From Acidimicrobiia bacterium (GTDB taxonomy: Bacteria > Actinomycetota > Acidimicrobiia > Spongiisociales > UBA5794), in contig JANTHO010000004.1 in assembly GCA_024762335.1 (NCBI GenBank), forward strand, positions 5,614 through 69,613: a stretch of 64,000 nt of DNA, written 5' to 3'. Below, piece after piece: positions 57,851-64,000 of the stretch. Made by a program: the position numbers and the translations under genes. The notes under the pieces were generated by a model that saw nothing but the letters and a program-made list of their open reading frames with translations, was not told the DNA's origin and made no database searches. Each line of letters begins with the position of its first letter. The stretch's first letter is position 1.

Positions 57851-58074
57851 AGATCCAGTGCGATCAACTCGCGTCGTTGCTCCCCGAATTCTTCGATGGG
57901 ACCCTCTCAACAGACCAGACGGACGCCGCACTCGACCATTTCGCGACCTGCGAGAGTTGCCGGCTCACGGTCGATGAGCTCGAAGGCGTCCGGACATTGG
58001 CGGGCGAGTACGGGCGCCTCGAACTCCCATCCGATGCAAAGGACCGGATCCGGCGATCGATTGGCCTCGATTGA
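57847..58074 (+). CDS. Soluble zinc-binding anti-sigma factor (zf-HC2/ZAS)
   Basis: N-terminal Cys, LPEFFDG, HFATCESC (HxxxCxxC); coupled to the sigma gene; no TM. Confidence 0.88.
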   Translation: MKIQCDQLASLLPEFFDGTLSTDQTDAALDHFATCESCRLTVDELEGVRTLAGEYGRLELPSDAKDRIRRSIGLD

Positions 58075-58312
58075 GGAGACCCGGACGCGCAGAAGCCCCC
58101 ACGGATGGGAGCTTCTGTGAACCCTGTGAGGTGGACCGATGCGGTCTATGTTGGATCATCCCGCATTGGGTACTACTTACCCCGCCGGCCGTCCCACCGG
58201 TTCTCTACCATTATCGGCACGAGGCACCCGAACATGTGGGGTTTTCTCCGCTCGCCGGCTGATTTGATTCGGGCGACCTACGCGCCGGTGCCGCCGCATT
58301 GGAGGTGGCCAC

Positions 58313-59194
58313 ATGCTTGAACTCGTCGACGTCACGAAACGATTCGGCGACGTTGTTGCGCTCGACCACGCAGGGTTCACGGTCGATCCGGGTCGCATCT
58401 CTGGCTTCCTCGGTCCGAACGGGGCGGGGAAGACCACGGCGATGCGTGCGGTGTTCGGACTGATCCGGCCCGACTCCGGGACGGTGCGATGGAACGGCGC
58501 CCCCGTCGGGCCCGCCGAGCGCATCCGGTTCGGATACATGCCGGAGGAGCGGGGCCTGTATCCCAAGATGAAGGTCCGTGACCAGCTCGTCCATTTTGCC
58601 CGCCTATCCGGGCTCTCGAAGAGTGAGGCGAACGATGTCGTCGACCACTGGCTCGGCGTGCTCGGGCTCGCTGATCGCGGCGATGCGAAGCTGGACGATC
58701 TGTCGCACGGCAACCAGCAACGGGCACAGCTCGCGACGGCGCTCGCTCACAACCCGGATCTGCTCATTCTCGACGAGCCGTTCGCCGGGCTCGATCCGAT
58801 CGGGGTCGAGTCGCTTGCGGAAACGCTTCGCGGACTGGCATCCGACGGTGTGACGATCGTCTTCTCCAGTCATCAGCTCGATCTCGTCGAGGACGTGTGT
58901 GAGGACGTCGCCATAATCAACGACGGACGGGTCGTCCTCGCGGGCCGTCTCGACGAGATCAAGAACCAGTCCTCGAGACGGCGGCTCTCGATCGACGTCG
59001 ACGGAGAACCGTGGATCCCGGACCTGCCCGGAGTTGAAGTGGTTGATGGTCCCGGACCCTCGCATTGCATCGTGGACGATGACGCCCCGGTCGGCGACCT
59101 GATCGCTGCGGCCAGCGCGGCGGGGACGGTGAATCGATTCGTGTTCGAGCCGCCGAGGCTTACCGACCTGTTCCGCGAGGCGGTGACGCCGTGA
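58313..59194 (+). CDS. ABC-2 transporter ATP-binding protein (YhaQ/NatA-like)
   Basis: GPNGAGKTT, GYMPEERGLYPKM, LSHGNQQR, LDEPFAGLDP, SSHQL. Confidence 0.9.
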   Translation: MLELVDVTKRFGDVVALDHAGFTVDPGRISGFLGPNGAGKTTAMRAVFGLIRPDSGTVRWNGAPVGPAERIRFGYMPEERGLYPKMKVRDQLVHFARLSGLSKSEANDVVDHWLGVLGLADRGDAKLDDLSHGNQQRAQLATALAHNPDLLILDEPFAGLDPIGVESLAETLRGLASDGVTIVFSSHQLDLVEDVCEDVAIINDGRVVLAGRLDEIKNQSSRRRLSIDVDGEPWIPDLPGVEVVDGPGPSHCIVDDDAPVGDLIAAASAAGTVNRFVFEPPRLTDLFREAVTP

Positions 59195-60381
59195 ACCCGT
59201 GGCGCCAAGTCGGTTTGCTCGCGAAGCGGGAGTTCATCCAGCGGGCCACGAGCAAGCCGTTCCTCATCACGATGGCGCTCCTCGCGGTTGTGATCCTCGC
59301 GATCGGCCCGGCCGTCAACCTGTTCACGGGGGGCGAGGGTGAATCGACGAAGGTCGGAACTGTCGGTGACACGCCGCCGGGATTCGAAGGCGAACTGCAG
59401 AACCAGGCGACGCTCTTCGACATGACGGTCGAAACCGTCGCCTATTCGGATCGATCTGAAGCGGAGACCGCGCTGACCGAAGGTGACGTGGCGGTCGTCC
59501 TCGCCGGTGGTAACGAGATCATCTTCCACACAGACGCCTCATCGCGTCTCACGGCGCTCCTCCACAGCACGGTGAACACGACGGTGAAGGCGGAGGTTCT
59601 GTCCGAACTCGGCGTCCCGGAGAACGAAATCGCCTCCGTGCTCGCTCCGGTGCCCGTGGAGGTCACGACCCTCGACGAAGCCGATGTGCAGGATGAGGCG
59701 AAGAAGGGGGCGGCATTCTTCGGTGCGATTGCCCTGTACATCTCGATCATCATGTTCGGGCAGTTCGTGGCGATGGGCACGGTCGAGGAGAAGCAGAACC
59801 GGGTTGTCGAGGTCGTGCTTTCCCGCGTTCGACCGTGGCAGGTGCTCGTCGGGAAGGTTGTCGGGATCGGCGCGCTCGGTCTGCTGCAACTCGCGATTCT
59901 TGCCGGTGCCGCGTACGCGTCTGCGCAACTCGCCGACCTCGCCGACATCGATGTTGCCGCGATCGGCCTGCCCATCATCGCTTCGGTGTTCTTCTGGTTC
60001 ATCCTCGGCTACACGTTCTATGCGTTCCTGTATGCGGCGGTCGGTTCCACCGTGTCGCGGCAGGAGGATCTGCAGGGGGCCATCATGATTCCGATCGCTC
60101 TGATTCTGCCCGGGTACATTCTGGCGATCGTGGCTGCAGAGAACCCGGATGGGCCGATTCCGACGATTGGATCGTGGCTCCCTCCGTGGGCCCCGTTTGT
60201 GATGCCGGTACGGATCGCCGCAGGGGTCGCCCAACCGTGGGAGCTTGGTGTGGCGATCCTCGGCACGATGATCGGAGCGGTTCTGCTCGTTTGGGTCGGA
60301 TCGCGGATCTATGCCGGGGCCCTGCTCCGCACGAGCGGGAAGGTCAAGTTCCGGGAAGCCTGGCGGGCCGCCGCCGAGTAG
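59191..60381 (+). CDS. ABC-2 transporter permease (YhaP/NatB-like)
   Basis: AKREF, VEEKQNRVVEVVLS, GKVVG, PFVMPVR. Confidence 0.9.
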   Translation: MNPWRQVGLLAKREFIQRATSKPFLITMALLAVVILAIGPAVNLFTGGEGESTKVGTVGDTPPGFEGELQNQATLFDMTVETVAYSDRSEAETALTEGDVAVVLAGGNEIIFHTDASSRLTALLHSTVNTTVKAEVLSELGVPENEIASVLAPVPVEVTTLDEADVQDEAKKGAAFFGAIALYISIIMFGQFVAMGTVEEKQNRVVEVVLSRVRPWQVLVGKVVGIGALGLLQLAILAGAAYASAQLADLADIDVAAIGLPIIASVFFWFILGYTFYAFLYAAVGSTVSRQEDLQGAIMIPIALILPGYILAIVAAENPDGPIPTIGSWLPPWAPFVMPVRIAAGVAQPWELGVAILGTMIGAVLLVWVGSRIYAGALLRTSGKVKFREAWRAAAE

Positions 60382-60392
60382 CGATCTCTATA

Positions 60393-60443
60393 CCGCGGGC
60401 TGGCAACGCCATATAGGGCGCAGAGAACCCTGGGTTCGTGTCG
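60393..60443 (-). repeat. 51-bp dispersed repeat, copy 10 (singlet)
   Basis: CCGCGGGCTGGCAACGCCATATAGGGCGCAGAGAACCCTGGGTTCGTGTCG; one mismatch to copy 3; lies between convergent genes. Confidence 0.95.
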
Positions 60444-60445
60444 GG

Positions 60446-62641
60446 TTAGGTGATGAACCACTGGACGGCGCGTGTGACGGGGCCCGGCTTCTCAAGGGTC
60501 GGTGTGTGCACGAGGAGGGCCGGGCAGTCGACCGCCTCGGCGATGCGGTCGGCCAGGTCGACCACCACGTGGAACCGGTGTGTCGGTGCCCCGAGAACGA
60601 CGAGGTTCGCTCCCCGCGAGAGGCCCGTCAACGTATCGACCAGATCATCCGTCGGCCGGATCCGGTCATCCCAGGGAACAGTGAGTACGGCGCCGAGTCG
60701 CTCGTGATACCGGTGGATCGACTCGCCCTGCTCGGGGGGCGCGTCGGGAGGAGTGAGATGTACGAACCGGATCTCGGCATCCTCGTACCGGGCGATGTGG
60801 TCGGCGATCTCGATCTTGACGGGGTCATAGGGGCCGCCGGTTCCCAGGACGGCGATCCGGTCGATCCGATCGACGGCCCGATTGCGGAGGAATACCGAGT
60901 CGCAGGTGAGATGCTCGCTGAGCCACCGCAGATCGCGGGTCACGTGACGCGTCGCTCTGAGTTCCTGGGGCAGGTCGGCGATGAATAGGTCGACGCCCTC
61001 GCGTTCGGCGAAGGCGTGAACCATGCCGCGGCGGTCCTCATCTGTGTACTGATCCGTCGTGACCTCGATACCGAGCGCGCGGGCTCTGGCCCGATCCTCG
61101 TCCGTCGGGATCATCCGACGGGTGCGTGCATCGAAGTTGATGATGTGGATCCGTCCACCCGGTGCCGCCGCCAACCGCATGGCGAGACGGAAAAGCGTGT
61201 GCTGTCGACTCGGTCGAGTCGGGCGCCGAATCAGCACGAGGATGTGCCGCCGACCCCCGGCCCTCACCGCGTCCCCCGCTTGTTGAATGAGGCGGGTGTC
61301 CTCCCGCAGTCGCAGCGCGTCGCGCCCAGCGGACTCCTTCACTGCCCGCGACTGTCCGAAGACGCGGTACCAGGCAATGCCGGCGACCACGAACACCACT
61401 GCCCCGAGAAGAGGAATCGTTCCCATCTGGGTCAGGAGGAGCAGGGCGGCAACGATTCCGAAGATCTGGGGTGCCGGATACCAGGGTGCTCGGAACTTCG
61501 GCCGGTACCAGTCGAGGCGTGCTTCGCGAAACGCGATGTGTGCCAGGTTGATCAAGGCGAATACGAGCAACTGAAATGCTGAGGCGAGCTTCGCCAATTC
61601 GATCAACGGAACGAACAGAACCAGCGCAATGAGAACGGTACCGGACATCAAGATGCCTGCGATCGGCCCGCCGGATCGCCGACCCACCGTTGCGAGTATC
61701 GGTGGGGCAAGCGAGTGGCGGGCCATGGCGAACGGGTACCGGGACGATGCGATCACGCCTGCGTTCGCCATCGAGATCAAAGCGATCACGGCGACACCCG
61801 CGATGATCGTTACACCGGCGGAACTCATGAAGTGCTGTGCGGCCAATGTCATGGGCTCTTCTGAGTGAGAGAGTTCGTCTGCCGGAGACACTCCGACGAT
61901 GACTGCGGCGATCGCGGGATACAGGATCATCATGACACCGACGGACAGCAGCATGCCCATGGGGATATTGCGGTCGGGTTGACGGATCTCTTCGGCGATC
62001 GACGCAACCTTCGTGACCCCGGCGTAGGAAACGAAGACGACGGCAGTCGCCGAAAGCAGACCTTTCATGCCGAATGCGAGAAACGGATCGAACGCCTCCG
62101 ATCGGATGTGAGGTGCGCCCAGTCCGACGAAACCGATCAAGACGACGATGACACCCGTCACCAACGCCATCTGGACCTTCGCCGTTTGGCGGATACCGGC
62201 GAGGTTCACGCCGATCAGGATCAGCGCCAGGATCGCTGCCACCGGTCGCTCGGGATGCAGCACGAAGTACTCCAGGTACGCGGACAGCCCGACGAGTGCG
62301 AATGCTGCCTTGAACACGAGGGAGAACCACACTCCGAATCCCGCCACGGTTCCCATGAGCGGCCCCATCGCCCGGTCGATGAAGAGGTAGGTACCGCCGG
62401 CTTCCGGCATGGCGGTCGCCATCTCCGCTTTCGACAAGGCGGCCGGAGCGACGACGACGCCTGCGAGGAAGAATGCGAGGATCACGGCCGGACCGGCGAT
62501 CTTGAAGGCGAGTCCGGGAAGGACGAAGATGCCGGAGCCGATCATCGCTCCGATGGAAATCGTCAACACGGCGTAGAGGCCGAGCGAGCGGTGGAGCGAG
62601 CCGGTTGGTTCGGACCCCGGGGCGGATTCGTGGCTGGTCAA
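60446..62641 (-). CDS. APC-family amino acid permease with C-terminal USP-like domains
   Basis: GAMIGSGIFVLPG, AEMATAMPEAGG.Y, FVSYAG..KVASIAEE, SSRYPFAM; tail RIAV..GGP...DLVVLGA; TTG start. Confidence 0.87.
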   Translation of the reverse strand: MTSHESAPGSEPTGSLHRSLGLYAVLTISIGAMIGSGIFVLPGLAFKIAGPAVILAFFLAGVVVAPAALSKAEMATAMPEAGGTYLFIDRAMGPLMGTVAGFGVWFSLVFKAAFALVGLSAYLEYFVLHPERPVAAILALILIGVNLAGIRQTAKVQMALVTGVIVVLIGFVGLGAPHIRSEAFDPFLAFGMKGLLSATAVVFVSYAGVTKVASIAEEIRQPDRNIPMGMLLSVGVMMILYPAIAAVIVGVSPADELSHSEEPMTLAAQHFMSSAGVTIIAGVAVIALISMANAGVIASSRYPFAMARHSLAPPILATVGRRSGGPIAGILMSGTVLIALVLFVPLIELAKLASAFQLLVFALINLAHIAFREARLDWYRPKFRAPWYPAPQIFGIVAALLLLTQMGTIPLLGAVVFVVAGIAWYRVFGQSRAVKESAGRDALRLREDTRLIQQAGDAVRAGGRRHILVLIRRPTRPSRQHTLFRLAMRLAAAPGGRIHIINFDARTRRMIPTDEDRARARALGIEVTTDQYTDEDRRGMVHAFAEREGVDLFIADLPQELRATRHVTRDLRWLSEHLTCDSVFLRNRAVDRIDRIAVLGTGGPYDPVKIEIADHIARYEDAEIRFVHLTPPDAPPEQGESIHRYHERLGAVLTVPWDDRIRPTDDLVDTLTGLSRGANLVVLGAPTHRFHVVVDLADRIAEAVDCPALLVHTPTLEKPGPVTRAVQWFIT

Positions 62642-62698
62642 GTTGGGTGCAACCTACCCAGGTTGCGGTGCGTTGGGAACTTGGAGACGGCCGCCATC

Positions 62699-64000
62699 TC
62701 AGTCGAGTACCCACCGGGATCGTGATGCCCGTGCCGTGTCGACGTCGACGAGAGACAGCAGCGTCCCGCCGATGACGAAGAACGCGCCAAGGAAGAGGAT
62801 CGAGAGCCGGGTCGATCCCGTGAAGATATCGACCGCGGCGAAGATCAACGGACCGAAGATGGCACTGAATTTCGAGAAGACCGAGTAGAAGCCGAAGAAC
62901 TCGGCCGATGCGTCCTCCGGGATCATCGAGCCGTACAGCGATCGGGACAACGCCTGCACGCCGCCGAGGACGAGGCCGGCCAGCGCTCCGAGAGCGAGGA
63001 ACCACGACGGCCGGGCAGCGGGAACGAAGTAGCCGCCGACCGCGACGAGGGCCCAGCCCGCGATCGACACCAGAATCGCCCGCTTCGTGCCGACGTGACC
63101 TGCGAGCCATCCGAACAGGAGTGCGCCGAAGAAGGCGACGAGTTGGATGACGACGAACACAGCAGCGATCGTCGTCGTCGAGAGCTCGAGGGTCTCGGAT
63201 GCATAGACGGGGGTGATCTTGATGATCGTCTGTACCCCGTCGTTGTAGAACAGGAATGCGACGACGAACAGGAGGAGCTGCGGGAATCCGATCAGTTGGC
63301 GTGTGGTGCGTATCGTTCGTCCGATTCCGAGGCGTGCGTAGGCGGCGATCGGCGAGCGGGCCCGGTATGTGTCGGGGAGCGGCCGTGCGGTTCCCCGGTC
63401 GCGGAGACGGGTGAAGGCGAACGTGGCGAAACCGGCCCACCACAACGCAGCCGAGACAATGACGATCCGCCGCGCCGTGTTCTCGTCGATCCCGATCCGG
63501 TCGGCATAGAACAGCAGGGCCAGGGACAGAACGAGATGGATTCCCCCGCCGGCGTAGCCGAGCGCGAACCCTTTCGCCGAGACCCGGTCGATCGTGTCGG
63601 CAGTGGTGAGCTCCGGGAGGAACCCTTCGTACATCACGTTCGCCGCGACGAATCCGACCTGGGCGGTCAGCGCAACGATGACCGCAAGCGTGAGATCGCC
63701 GGCGCCCGGAACGGCGACGAGCGCTGCGAACACGGCGCCGGTGTACGCGAACGTTTGTAGCAGGCGCTTCTTCGAATTCGAGTAATCGGCGACGGCGCCC
63801 AGGATCGGCATCGCCAGGAACAGGAGAACGGCACCGAACCCAACGACGATTCCGAAGAACGCTTCGGCGCCCACGTCGATGCCGAATAGGGAGAGCCCTT
63901 CGTCCGGGAAGATCGTGTCCCCGAAGTAGATGGCGAACACAAGGCTGCCTGCCGTGATGTACGCTGAGTTCGCCCAGTCGTACATCGCCCATCCGAAGAT
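62699..64000 (-). CDS. MFS transporter, UMF1/ATG22-like (5' end beyond the window)
   Basis: GWAMYDWANSAY, PILGAVADY, SAKGFALGYAGG, YNDGVQT, QALSRSLY, EFFGFY. Confidence 0.88.
   Translation of the reverse strand: MFGWAMYDWANSAYITAGSLVFAIYFGDTIFPDEGLSLFGIDVGAEAFFGIVVGFGAVLLFLAMPILGAVADYSNSKKRLLQTFAYTGAVFAALVAVPGAGDLTLAVIVALTAQVGFVAANVMYEGFLPELTTADTIDRVSAKGFALGYAGGGIHLVLSLALLFYADRIGIDENTARRIVIVSAALWWAGFATFAFTRLRDRGTARPLPDTYRARSPIAAYARLGIGRTIRTTRQLIGFPQLLLFVVAFLFYNDGVQTIIKITPVYASETLELSTTTIAAVFVVIQLVAFFGALLFGWLAGHVGTKRAILVSIAGWALVAVGGYFVPAARPSWFLALGALAGLVLGGVQALSRSLYGSMIPEDASAEFFGFYSVFSKFSAIFGPLIFAAVDIFTGSTRLSILFLGAFFVIGGTLLSLVDVDTARASRSRWVLD

Noticed and set aside
61038-63992. 984-aa ORF on the minus strand
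   Set aside because: Arg/Pro-rich off-frame shadow over the APC and MFS genes, typical of high-GC DNA; no recognisable motif.

Overview
A 64-kb, high-GC, gene-dense bacterial chromosomal window. Gene content and many TANNNT leaderless starts suggest an actinobacterium, probably Acidimicrobiia (inference). It holds about 57 plausible CDSs and a tRNA-Sec (selC). The CDSs cover housekeeping and transport (Dpp/Opp and osmoprotectant ABC systems, PPK2, acyl-CoA synthetase, PtrB, ManC, ClC, malic enzyme, heterodimeric ABC exporter), cell-surface genes (SipW/TasA-like operon, M23 peptidase, DUF4214-L,D-transpeptidase, LCP fusion), an anaerobic YjjI/YjjW glycyl-radical pair, and a thioredoxin/ECF-sigma/zinc-anti-sigma module. 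The strongest unexplained signal is a dispersed 51-bp repeat present in at least 10 copies. It occurs as singlets, as empty inverted doublets, and once as inverted repeats that exactly bracket an AbiEi-like/DUF559 (PD-(D/E)xK) nuclease gene. This geometry resembles REP/REPIN-RAYT systems but with a different enzyme class. Other notable items are a circularly permuted family-5 peptide-binding protein, a pseudo-BY-kinase fused to an LCP domain between two paralogous secreted proteins, and a His-less pseudo-histidine kinase. No CRISPR array, integrase or classical transposase was seen. All family assignments come from motif recognition by eye; no database searches were run.
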